Shown piece by piece: positions 12,962-25,004 of a stretch of DNA of 64,000 nucleotides. How positions within the stretch are numbered: position 1 is the first letter of the stretch; each line of letters begins with the position of its first letter. A model generated the notes under the pieces. The model made no database searches. It was given only the letters and a program-made list of their open reading frames with translations, and had not been told where the DNA came from. This stretch comes from the human T2T-CHM13v2.0 reference genome, Homo sapiens. Where the stretch lies: NCBI RefSeq assembly GCF_009914755.1, contig NC_060935.1; one strand, given 5' to 3'. Position numbers and translations under genes: made by a program.

Positions 12962-14435
12962 TGAGATAAACAAAATGTACCCCCTGTTCCCATTCCCACA
13001 CACAGACTTTCATGCTTTAATCTCTGGAATATTTAAGTATCTTATGTTAAATGGCAAGAAGAAACTTTGCAGATGTACAGTTGATTCTTGAACAACACGA
13101 GTATAAACTGTGTAGGTCCACTTATGCATGTTTTTTAAAAAATAGATTGAAAAATTGGGGGAGATTTATAATAATTTGAGAAAACTTTCAGATCAACTGT
13201 ATAGCCTAGAAATATTGAAAAATTAGGAAAAATGTAAGTATGTCATGAATGCATAAAATATATGCAGTTATAGTCTTGTTTAATCATTTGCTGCCATAAA
13301 TATACACGAATCTATTATAAAAAGTTAAAATTTAACAGAATTTATACACACAAACACAGACTCTACATGCTACCTCTCCCAGTCGAGAGAACTGTAAATA
13401 TATGTGGTACGGTGTTAAATCATAACTGCATAAAATTAACTGTAGTGCATACTGTACTACTGTAATAATTTTGTTGTCACCTTCTGTTGTTATTGTGGTG
13501 AGCTCAAGGGTGGCAAATATCTGCTTAAAACCCCATGTGAGAGTAATCATCTCTGTGTGAGCCGTTCATCTGTCCAGTAAATTGTGTAACGCAGTAAAAG
13601 GTGATCCCTCTCGGTTCTCACGTATTTTTCATTGTGTTTAGTGCAATATTGCAAACCTTGAATAACACCATGGGAGCCACACAATGTGCCAATAGTGGTG
13701 CTGAAAGTGCCCCTAAGAATCAGATAAAAGTCATGACATACAAGAGAAAGCTGAGTTGCTTGATATGTACTGTAGATTAAGGTCTGTAGCTGCTGTTGCC
13801 TGCCATTTTAGACAGACGATTCATCTTGTAAAGAGATGACATAAATTTTGGGTATTGATAAGTACAGAACAGTACTCTCTTTCTTATGATTTTCTTAATA
13901 ATATTTTCTTTTCTCTAGTCTTCTTTATTGTAAGAATATAATACATAATACATGTAACACATAAAATATGTATAAGTCAGCTGCTTGTTATTGATAAAGC
14001 TCCTGGTTAACAGTAGGCTACTAGTAGCTAGGTTTTGGGGGAATCAGAAGTTAAATACGGATTATTGACTGTGTGGGGGAGGTTGATGCTCCTAATGCCT
14101 GTGTTGTTAAAAACTCAACTGTAATTAAAAGGAAAGAACTTTTCATAGGGAGATTACCTTGGATTATGAAGGTGAGTTCAAACTAATCACACATGATCTC
14201 TTTAAAACGGGGAACTGTCACTGGTTGGAGTCAGCGAGATGTGATAGTAGAATTCTGAGACATTAGAAATGTGTGAGGGGCTAGAAATGCTATTATTGGA
14301 GAAGGGCCATATGGAGAGTATGAGAAGGAATTTAGGACAACTCTAGGAGCAAAGACGCATTCCCAGCTGACAGCCAGCAAGAAGACAGGGTTCTCAGTTC
14401 TGTTTCCAAGGAACAGATTCTGGCAAACAACTTTG
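12962..14435 (+). mobile_element. MLT1E-like MaLR LTR split by Tigger2b, 3'-truncated
   Basis: ACTTTGCAGATG|TA|ATTAA rejoins across the Tigger. Also contains CAGCTGACAGCCAGCAAGAAGACAGGG. Confidence 0.8.
13078..14121 (+). mobile_element. Complete non-autonomous Tigger2 family element (Tigger2b-like)
   Basis: TIRs CAGTTGATTCTTGAACAACAC and GTGTTGTTAAAAACTCAACTG, with TA TSDs at 13076-13077 and 14122-14123. Confidence 0.92.
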
Positions 14436-14436
14436 T

Positions 14437-14945
14437 TGTGACTTTCTCTCTCTAATTTAGTCTGAAGGTTTCTCTCTGGAGAGTGGCTGTAAGTTACAGC
14501 TCTGCACTCGTGGGGCTCCAAGGAAAATGGTTGTGGATGTTTACAATGTACCTTACATGGGATACTACTTTGCCCTTGCAAACAGCCTGAAGCCTAAGGG
14601 TCCAACCCGTGACCAGTGTCCTTCTCACAGGAAATGTCTTTATACTGGCAGACACTCTGGTGGTTCTTGTGTGATCTGTATCCAGTTTACTCCTACCAAT
14701 ATAGTCAACCTCTAGGAGAGCCCTGACTGAGAGGAGAGTGAGACACTGAGGAAGCAGCATAACAAAACACATGAAATAACAGAAGCAATTTATTATTCAA
14801 AGATCCATGAGAGAAGAAAGGTGCCTACAAAGGCCTATGGGAAATCTGGAGACAGCAGGCTGCACAACCAGCAGGTTGTGAGAGAGAGGGAAACTTTGTG
14901 GGACCACACCTTCATTAATGTCTATGGGTTTTGTCCCTTAACCTG
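14437..14945 (-). mobile_element. ERVL LTR fragment (MER54-like)
   Basis: ACAGGAAATGTCTTTATACTGGCAGA…CTCTAGGAGAGCCCTGACT. Confidence 0.7.
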
Positions 14946-15794
14946 AGGGACAGCCTAATGAAATTATCCAATCAAAGACATTCTGTGGGAGCTACCCTAC
15001 ATGCCCACTTTTTTAGCTTTCAAAATGTTATCCATGTATAGAGACACAGTTGGATGAGATTATTTTAGCCACTGAATATCTATATAACTTTTGTTTTCAA
15101 TTTTAAAATAAAATTATAAGGTAATATATATAAGAACACTTATTTTCCTGTAAAGCACTCTCCTGATAGGTACTGTCATTGTGGCTATTTTATCCTGAGT
15201 CTCCTCCCCAAGCACTAATCCCAATTTTTCTAGTAGAATTATTACTTTATCACTATTTTTCTCAATGTTTTCTTCCTCCCTTACCTCACTGTCATAATCC
15301 ATAAAGGCATATAGTTATGCATTATATATTTTTGTATTTATACTTTCAAACTTTTTTCCTCATATATAATGAGAAATCAAATGATGTTAAACATTGATTG
15401 AATATGATTTTATTGAGTGGTCAATCCAAGGTAACGCCTGTACCCAAAATGAGAAGAACAAATTAAGCAATATGGGTTACATATGAATAATAAATTTTTA
15501 CATTTTCCAAATAAAGTTCCCCAATCAGGTAACTACCACAGGGAAATTAACAAAAATTGAGGGATTTTTTTGAAAGTAGCACGTCATAGTAGAAAATGCA
15601 TTCATTGATTCTATAGTGAGAAAACTAGATTTCTAGTATTTCCTTAGCTATGCTTATTTCACTTAGTATAATTTTATCCTTAAGTTTGTTATCAGTGACA
15701 TATCTTTACAGTCCTCATACTGACTCTCTGAACCTTTAGTGTTTTTTCCTCCCATTATTAAATAGTATCTCCCTCATGAGGCTTTTCCATTGTT

Positions 15795-17572
15795 GATCTT
15801 GAAAAGTTATTTGTTGTTTGTAAGTGCATGGATTGATATCTAGACTCTCTATAGTGTTCCATTGGGCTATGTGTCTATTTTTTTTCTATTTTTTAAATTT
15901 TACTTTAAGTTCTAGGATACACGTGCAGAACGTGCAGGTTTGTTACATAGGCATACATGTGCCATGGTGGTTTGCTGCACCTATCAACCCATCATCTAGG
16001 TTTTATGCCCCACATGCATTATGTGTCTACTTTTATGCCAATGCCGTGCTATTTTTGTTACTATAGCTTTTTAGTATATTTAAAAGTCACATAGTGTGAT
16101 ACCTCCAGCTTTGTTATTTTTGCTCAAGATTGCTTTGGTTATTTAGGGTTGTTTGTAATTCCACATAAATTTTATAATTTTTTTCTCTTTATTTGAACAA
16201 TGTCATTGGTATTTTCTTAGGAATTGCATTAAATCTGTAGCTTGCTTGCAGTAGTATAAACATATTACCAATATTAATTATTTCAATAAATGAACATGGA
16301 ATATGTTTCCATTTGTTTGTGTGATTTTTTCAATTTCTTTCAATGCTTTATAGTCTTTATTGTAGAAGTCTTTCACCTTCTTTGTAAAATTTATTCCAAA
16401 ATTTTGTATTTTGTGTAGCTATTGTAAATAGGATTGCATTTTTATTTCTTTTTCAGACAGTTCACCATTGACATGCATAAACGCTGCATTTTTGTATGTT
16501 GATTTTTGTATCCTACAACTTTACTGAATTTGTTTATTAGTTCTAATAATTTTTTGTCAAATATTTAGAATTTCCTGTACATACAATGATGTCTTCTGCA
16601 AACATGGACAATTTGACCTCTTCCTTTCCAATTTGGATGCCCTTTATTTTTTTCTCTTGCCTGATTGCTCTGGCTAGGATTTCCATTACTATGCTGAATA
16701 AAAGTGGTGAAAGTGGGCATTCTTTTCTTATTTCAGATCTTAGAAGAAAAGCTTTCCATTTTTTCCCATTTAATATGATATTAACTATGGGTTTATCATA
16801 TATGGCCTTTATTATATCAGGTACATTTCTTCTATACATAATTTAAGAGCTTTTAGTCATAAAGAGATATTGAATTTAACCAAATACTTTTACTGTGTCT
16901 ATTGAAATAACCACCTTTTAAAAATTCTATTAATGTGATGTGTCATGTTTATTGATTTGGCTTACATTGAGCCTTATTTGTGTCCCTGGGAGGAATCCAA
17001 CTCGGTCATGGCGAATGACCTTTTTAGTGTGCTGTTGAATTTAGTTTGCTATTGTTTTGTTGAGAATCTGTGCATTTATGTCCCTTAGGAGCATTGGCTT
17101 GTAGTTTTCTTTTTTTGTTGTGTCCTCTGGTTTTGGTATTAAAGTGATGCAGGCCTGGTAGGATGAATTTGAAAAAATTATCTCCTCTTCAATTTTTTTT
17201 AAAAAAATAGTTTGAGTAGAATTGGTATTAGTTCTTCCTTAAATGTTTTGTAGAATTAAGCAGTAAAGCCATCAGGTCCTGGCTTTTTTTTTTTTTTTTT
17301 TTTTTGGAAGACTTCTTATTTCTGATACAATCTCATTACTTGATATTGGTCTGTTCAGATTTTCTAGTTTTTATTCATGATTTAATTTTAGTAAGTCATA
17401 TGTGTCCAGAAATTTGTCCATTTCTGCTAGGTTTTCCAGTTTGTTGGCATATACTTCTTCATGATATTCTCTTATGATCCTTTATATTTCTTTGGTATCA
17501 GTTGTAATGCGCCCTTTTTCATCTCTGATTGTATTTATTTGAATCTTCCCTATATCTCTTTCTCCCTCTTTA
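15795..17572 (-). mobile_element. L1MA ORF2 (RT region); inverted segment of a twin-primed L1
   Basis: ORF 16543-16839(-) translates as RT: KAIYDKP…CPLSPLLF…LARAIRQEK…FAED. Confidence 0.92.
15878..16019 (-). mobile_element. L1PA8-like 3' terminal ~140 bp inserted in the L1MA, with TSD TATGTGTCTA
   Basis: GTGCAGGTTTGTTACATAGG…CTAGGTTTTATGCCCCACATGCATT. The TSD is at 15868-15877 and 16020-16029. Confidence 0.88.
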
Positions 17573-17574
17573 GT

Positions 17575-18770
17575 TAGAATGCACAGGATTAGCTTGGGAA
17601 AGGAAACGTCTCTTCAATAAATGGTTCTGGGGAAACTTGATATCTATATGCAGAGAAATGAAGCTAGAGCACTATCTCTCACCATAGCCAAATACCAAAT
17701 CATAATGGATTAAAGACAAATATAAGATATAAAACTATCGGGAAAAAACATAGGGGAGCACTTTATATCACTGTTCCGAGCATAGATATTTTGGATAACA
17801 CCTCAAAAACTTAGGAAGCAAAAGCAAAAATAACACAAATAAGATTACATCAAAGTAAAATACTTCTTCACGACAAAGGAAATAATCAACAGAGTGAAAG
17901 AACACCCTAGTCAATGGGAGAAATATTTGTAAGCTGTGCATCTGACAAGAGGTTACTATAAAAGTATATAAAGAACTTGAACAAGTGAAGAGCTAAAAAC
18001 AAATAATCTGAATTTAAAATGGGCAAAGGACTTGAATAGACATTTCTCAAAACAAGACATACAAATTGCCAAAAGTATATAGAAAAATGTACATCAACAT
18101 TACTCAACATCAGTAATCATCAGAAAAATGCAAATCAAAGCCACAATGAGATATAACTCACCCTAATTAGAATGGCTATTTTCCAAAACACAAAAAATAA
18201 CAAATGCGAGTATTGAGGTGGAAAAAAGGAAAACTCTTGTACACTGTTGGTGAGAATGTAAACTGCATAGCCAGTGGAAACACTCGAGAGTTTCCTCGAA
18301 AAATTTTAAAATACATACACTATGTGAACCTGCAGTCCTACTTCTGGGTATTTATCTAAAGGAAATGAAATCAATATGTTTAAGAGATATCTGCACCCCC
18401 ATCTTTATTGTAGCACTATTCACAATCGACAAGGTATGGAATCAACCTAAGTGTCTATCAACAGATGAACAAAGAAAATGTGGTATATATACACAATAAA
18501 GTACTATTCAGTAATAAGAAAAAGAATGAAGTCTTGTTATTTATGGTAACATGAATGAACCTGAAATATTCAGGTTTTTAATAATATTCATGAATAATAT
18601 TAATGATCGAACCATGAATAGTAAGTTAAGTGAAATAAGCCAGATACAGAAAGAAAAATACTACATGATCTCAATCATTAGTAAAATCTAAAAAAAGCTG
18701 ATCTTGGAGAAGTAGAGTAGAATAATGGTTACTAGAGGCTGAGGGGGGCAGAGGAGAGGGGATGATGAGA
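17575..18770 (+). mobile_element. L1MA ORF2 3' part and partial 3'UTR; forward segment of the twin-primed L1
   Basis: GGGAAAGGAAACGTCTCTTCAATAAATGG…AATAATGGTTACTAGAGGCTG. Confidence 0.9.
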
Positions 18771-19454
18771 TTTTCATTGTTATTATTGGCACTGTTATCA
18801 TAGGAGATGACAACTCCATGTTGTTTTGTTCCTGAAGTGGAACAAAATGTGGAGGTGTAAGACAGTGATACCGATGATCCTGATGTTTATGTAGGCCCAT
18901 GGTGATGTGTATGTCTTTGTCTTTGTTTTTAACAAAAAGTTGAAAAAGTAAAAAAAAATAGTAAAATGTAACAATAGAAAAAAGCTTATAGAATAAGTAC
19001 ATAAAGAAAGAAAATATTCTTGTACAGCTATAAAATGTGTTTGTGTTTCATGCTAAGTGTTACTATAGGAGTCAAACATTTAAAAACAATTTGAGTTTAT
19101 AATGAAAAAAGTTACAGTAAACTGAGGTTAATTTATTATTAAAGAAATAATTATTAAAATAAATTTAGTGTACCCTAAGTGTACTGTATTTATAAAGTCT
19201 ACAGTACTGTACAATAATGTTCTATGCTTTCTCATTGACTCACCATTTACTCATTGACTTACCTGGAGCACCTTCCAAACCTGCAAGCTCCATTTGTGAT
19301 AAATGCACTCTACAGGTGTATTTTTTAAAATATTCTATGCTACATTTTCCTGGAGCTTTTCCATGTGTAGATATTTTTAGATGCACAAATACTTGCCACT
19401 GTGTCACTTGTATTCAGTATAGTACAACATTCAGTATAGTAACACGCTGTACAG

Positions 19455-19672
19455 CAAGCTTTTCCAACCCAGGGACCACGGGTCACATGAAGCCCAAGAT
19501 GCCTTTGAACATGACCAAACACAAATTCGTAAACTTTGCAAAACATTTTGAAAATTTTAGGCAATTATTTTTTTTGCTCTTCAGCTATCGTTAGTTTTAG
19601 TGTATTTTATGTAGTGCTAAGACAATACTTCTTTCGGTGTAGCCCAGGGAAGCCAAAAGAGTGGACACCCTG
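19455..19672 (-). mobile_element. MER30 (hAT-Charlie MITE)
   Basis: CAAGCTTTTCCAACCC…CACAAATTCGTAAACTTT…GCCCAGGGAAGCCAAAAGAGTGGACACCCTG. Confidence 0.9.
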
Positions 19673-19825
19673 CCAGGTTCACAGCTTAGGAGCAATAGGC
19701 TGTACCACATAGCCTAGATATGTTGTAGTAGGGTATATGATCTAGGTTTGTGAAAGTACACTTTACGATGGTCATAAAAGGTGAAATTACCTAACATCAC
19801 ATTTCTTTGAATGTATCCCAGTTGT

Positions 19826-20322
<497 letters not shown>

Positions 20323-20925
20323 CTACTTTCTTGCTATTATTTCCAAGCCTCTCTTTCATTAATATAAATATATTAAAAATAGTTATTTCATATTTTGTAA
20401 TGTTTGAAGTCTTGCAAATTTGGAATTTGGTACCTGTTTTGTTTTCCCCATACTCTTCATCCGGCTCTTATTCAGAAGTCCTTTTCTTCTTAGGTGTTTT
20501 GTGATTTTTAGATTGCTTGGAACCTTACCTGTGTCTACTTTTTAAGGTCTGGGTTGAAAGTGCTTTCTCTAGAGAGAATGTGTTTAATTTTGCAATATGT
20601 TTGGAATATTAGCAACCTAAGGCCTCCTTAAATTGAATCTTTACTGAGGGTTTATTTTATACTATACAGGATGATCTTAAATGTATTTGCAAAGCTTTGT
20701 GAAAGCTGGCTGGCTATTGTAAGGTCTCTGGAGAGATTTTGTTTAGCTTTTGTCCAGTGCCCAAAATAATACATACAACTTTTCTTGATTTATTTTGTGT
20801 GATGGGATTTCTGTTTGGCATTATTCTGATGGTAGGATCCCATAATGATGGGTTCCAACTTTACAAAGGTCTTTTTATAAGACAGTCAATCTTGGGTAGG
20901 CAGTTCAGCTATAAAAATTATCTTT

Positions 20926-21648
20926 CATGGTATATATATACCACATTTTCTTTATCCAGTCTATTATTGATAGGCATTTAGGTTGATTCCTTGTCTTTGC
21001 TATTGTGAATAGTGCTGCAATGAACATACACATATGCATACATCTTTGTAATAGAATGATTTATATTTCTTAGGGGTATATATCCAGTAATGGAATTGCT
21101 GGGTCATATGGTGTTTGTGGTTCTAGATCCTTGAGGAATCGTCACACCATCTTCCACAATGGTTGAACTAATTTACATTCCCACCAACAGTGTAAAAGCA
21201 TTCCTATTTCTCCACAACCTCACCAGCGTCTGTTGTTCCTTGACATGGAATACTATGCAGCCATAAAAATAAATGAGATCATGCCCTTTGCAGGGATGTG
21301 GATGAAGCTGGGAGCCATTATCCTCAGCAAACTAACACAGGAACAGAAAACCAAACACCACATCTTCTCACATGTAAGTGGGAGCTGAACAATGAGATCA
21401 CATGGGCACAGGGAGAGGAACATCACACATTGGGACCTGTCGGAGGGGTGGGGTTGGGGGTGGGAGAGTGTTAGGAAAAACAGCTAATGCATGCTGGGCT
21501 TAATACCTAGATGATGGGTTGATAGGTGCAGTAAACCACCATGGCACACTTTTACCTGTGTAGCAAACCTGCACATCCTGCACACGTACAGGATGTGTAA
21601 AAGTAAAAATTAAAGTTAAAATTAAAAATTAAAAAGATACACACTTCA
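20926..21648 (+). mobile_element. Twin-primed L1PA (approximately L1PA10-13): inverted 20926-21244, forward 21244-21635; TSD AAAAATTATCTTTCA
   Basis: The 15-bp TSD is at 20913-20927 and 21649-21663. The two segments are contiguous in the consensus at ACCATGGAATACTATGCAGCC. Confidence 0.93.
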
Positions 21649-21739
21649 AAAAATTATCTTTCAAATGAAAGCAAAATAACAGTAAACTGAAACACAATTT
21701 TCAGTTGTTATATTGGAGATAGAACATTACTAGCCAGGT

Positions 21740-22260
21740 AGCAATATATACAAAACAATTCTTTGATCCCGCATTTCTAATTTATAGAATTTATAATGTA
21801 GATATACCTTAACACATACAAAATGGCAAATGAACAATGTTATTCTTTGCAAAAATGTAATAAAATAGTCAAATATTGGAGGATTGTTAAATCATGGGAT
21901 TCCATACACATGATGAAAAACCATGCATGAAAAGAATGGAGAAGGATTTTATGTAGCAATATGGAAAGCCCCCAGAATTTATTAGGGAAGAAAATGAAGT
22001 TTATAACAGTATATATAGGATGATATATTTTGTCTAAATAAGGAGGAAAATTAAAAGGTAGATTTTTTTTTGTATTTGTATAAATAAATGACAAGAAGGA
22101 TGCACATGCACACAAAAAAAATCCAAAAGCTGTGTATGTGGGGAGTGAAAGTTATTTAATGTGGTCAAAGGTGGAATTAAGAGTTTCCACAGTTCACATT
22201 TTGAGTAAAATTTATATTTTTTAACCTGTAAATATGTAAGAAATTTAAATAATTGAAAAA
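21740..22260 (+). mobile_element. L1ME 3' fragment
   Basis: ATTCTTTGATCCCGCATTTCTAATTTATAGAATTTAT resembles the ORF2 end (YDPAIPLLG region). Confidence 0.5.
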
Positions 22261-23214
22261 TGTATGCTTTAGATTTTATGTACTTTCACTTCTTTTCCAT
22301 CAGCATCTAATCCACCAGACTGTCAGAAATAGAAATCACCTAAAAATCATTTAAAGTAATGCATACTTATAAAAATAGAAACCTATAAATTGACCCTCTC
22401 TGAAAAGAAGAATATAGATTTATATTTGTTTATATTTACATGTAGAAATAATTGGATACACAAAAATAAAAAATATTTACATATGATAACTAATTATATC
22501 AGTTGTTTCTCCCTGAGTCATAAACATTATCACCAAAACAGCTGTTATTTCTTTTTTGTGTGTTTATGTGCATACATATAATGCATGTTTATATGTGTAT
22601 ATGTGGAGAGAGATTATACATATACATATATAATCTAAATAATTATATGCATATTATTTTTCCTGAAAAATATTTATATTAGGTATTGTTTTTCTCTTAA
22701 TTATATTATGAAAATAATTCCATGAAAATACTTCCAAGGCAGTGAAGAATATTTTAATATCTAGCTGTATTTTTTATTATTAATTCAAATGATTCCCTTT
22801 GCTGGGAATTTAAGTTGTTAATATTTTTAAGTTACTGAATTGTTACAGTGAACATAATTGCATGTTGTTCCATTTTCAGGTCATATTATTATTATTATTA
22901 TTAATTTTCTTATATTCTTTCTGGAACAGTGGGAAACATAAATAAAATATTTGGTACAATAGTCTTTCTAGAAAGACTATTATAATTTTTTATTTTCTTC
23001 TATATTCTTTGTTGGGCCATAAGCTCATGAAGAAAGAGGTTATGAGAAATCTTCATTTCTGTATTCTTAAAGAATAATGTCTTCTTTATAAAGGTATTTA
23101 GTGGATGTTTAAAGAATAAGCAGCCACATTCCTTCTAATTTCTATAAGCAAAATAAACAGCCACTGGCGCTCTCTGCCCTAGGAACATAGGTGCGTGTGT
23201 GAATATTTTTGTGT

Positions 23215-23290
23215 AATGTACATATATGTGTATATATATGTGTAAAAAATTATACATATGTATGTGTGTGTGTGTGTGTATATATATATA
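23215..23290. repeat. Compound (TA)/(TG) low-complexity repeat
   Basis: Read directly. Confidence 0.8.
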
Positions 23291-24036
23291 ATCTTACTCT
23301 ATTCTGGTATAGAACAAGGAACAGGCACAAGATTATTTACTCTTTCTTTGGATTTCATTGATTTTTGATTCATAACCTTAAATGCTTTGAGCTTTATGAG
23401 TATTAAGTCAAACACTAATAAAAGTAATTATTCAAATATTATACACATGCTATGTTTCACTTTAGCCCCTGTCCAAAAAAAAAAAAAACAAGTTTTTCCC
23501 TTGAAATCTTTTTTTTCTTATACTGAAAATTGCATTAACTTTCACTTATAAGTTTTAACATCTCTCTTTTTTCAGACATCTTTGCTTAACTTTCAAACAA
23601 TTGCTTTAACTAAATTTCTCTCAGTACAACTATAAAATCTAAGTAGCCTAACCAGGGCATAGTTATGTGGCTAATAACCAATATCTGAGCAAAAACAACC
23701 ATTCATCTTCCAAAGTCTAACATTGTATTTTCTTAGGACAAAAGGGGAATTTGTTTTAAATTCAAACTAAATTATTGTTTGTCAGAGAAATTTATTACAT
23801 TTTGAAGTACCGTAAGATAAGCATATTTCAATATAGCCTGCAATTTCTTTTTTGCAAGCCAGTATTTATTTAACACTATTTTGCTTTCTCTGTGCATATT
23901 TCTGGCTTCTCCTCCCAAGCTGTTTGCTGTTTTATAGCAAATGAAAATATGTTTGCGGAAATTGCATATAAAACTGTTTATTGAGACTTAAATCTTCTGT
24001 GGCTGTTGTTTTTCCCTCAAAGCTCCCAGTTCTAGT

Positions 24037-24112
24037 TCTCTCTCTCTCTCTTTCTCTCCCTCTCTCTCTCTCTCCCTCTCTTTGTCTCTCTCTCTTTTTG
24101 TGTGTGTGCGTG
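24037..24112. repeat. Imperfect (CT)n followed by a short (GT)n
   Basis: Read directly. Confidence 0.85.
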
Positions 24113-24373
24113 TTTAATATAATTAAATTTCTATATCTTATATACCCTTAGTCTATCATTCATTTCGAGTTGGGTTAGGACGATGGGAGGTAAGTCAGTT
24201 TTTTAATGCACCTAATGCTCCTGAACATATAAGTAAAGAAAGAAGAATTTTGTGCTGGATCCAAGAGCATTTATATTTAACTATATGTAAGAAAAAAGAT
24301 AATTTTTGACACTATATTGTTCATAATTTAAGTTTGGTTGCATATGAAGACTTAAAGGTCTTTAACTAAAATA

Positions 24374-24425
24374 TTTGCCATTACTTTTAATGGCAAAAAC
24401 TGCAATTACTTTTGCACTAACCTAA
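24374..24425. mobile_element. MADE1 (Hsmar1 MITE), one TIR truncated
   Basis: TTTGCCATTACTTTTAATGGCAAAAACTGCAATTACTTTTGCACTAACCTAA. Confidence 0.9.
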
Positions 24426-24551
24426 TGGAATGTTATTATTTTCTGAAGGTAAGTCCAGGTATAAGCAAAGTAGGGCTGTACAGCATTGAAGAATAGTCAG
24501 ATTGCTGACCAATCTGATCCTGAGTAGAGTCTTTATCCAGTACTTGCTATT

Positions 24552-24902
24552 TGTATTAGCCAGTTCTCACACTCCTATAAAGAACTACCTGAGACTGGGT
24601 AATTTATGAAGGAAGAGGTTTAATTGACTCACAGTTCTGCAGGCTGTACAGGAGGCATGGCGGGGCAGGCCTCAGAAAACTTACAATCATGGCAGAAGGG
24701 TGAAGGGGAAGCAAGCACGTCTCCACATGGAGGAAGGAGAGAGAGAGAGCAACCAGATCTTCAGAGAACTCACTATCACGAGAACAGGAAGGGGGAAATC
24801 TACGCCCGTGATACAAGCACCTCCCACTAGGTCCCTCCCCCAACATTAGGGATTACAATTCAACATGAGATTTGAGTGGGGACATGGAGCCAAACCATAT
24901 CG
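24552..24902 (-). mobile_element. MSTA-type MaLR solo LTR with 5-bp TSD CTATT
   Basis: TGTATTAG…GAGACTGGGTAATTTAT…CAAACCATATCG. CTATT occurs at 24547-24551 and 24903-24907. Confidence 0.92.
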
Positions 24903-25004
24903 CTATTGTTCACTCATTCATTCTCTAGAAACCACCTATCAAAATCCCCATTTTTAGCTGTGTAGTATTTTATGTAAATATCTATAATATACCTACAGAT
25001 ACAT

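Noticed and set aside
13690-13810. Tigger transposase gene
   Set aside because: Only a short degraded N-terminal remnant exists within a non-autonomous element.
24374-24425. miR-548-type precursor from MADE1
   Set aside because: Most of one TIR arm is missing, leaving only a 10-bp stem, which is too short for a pre-miRNA.
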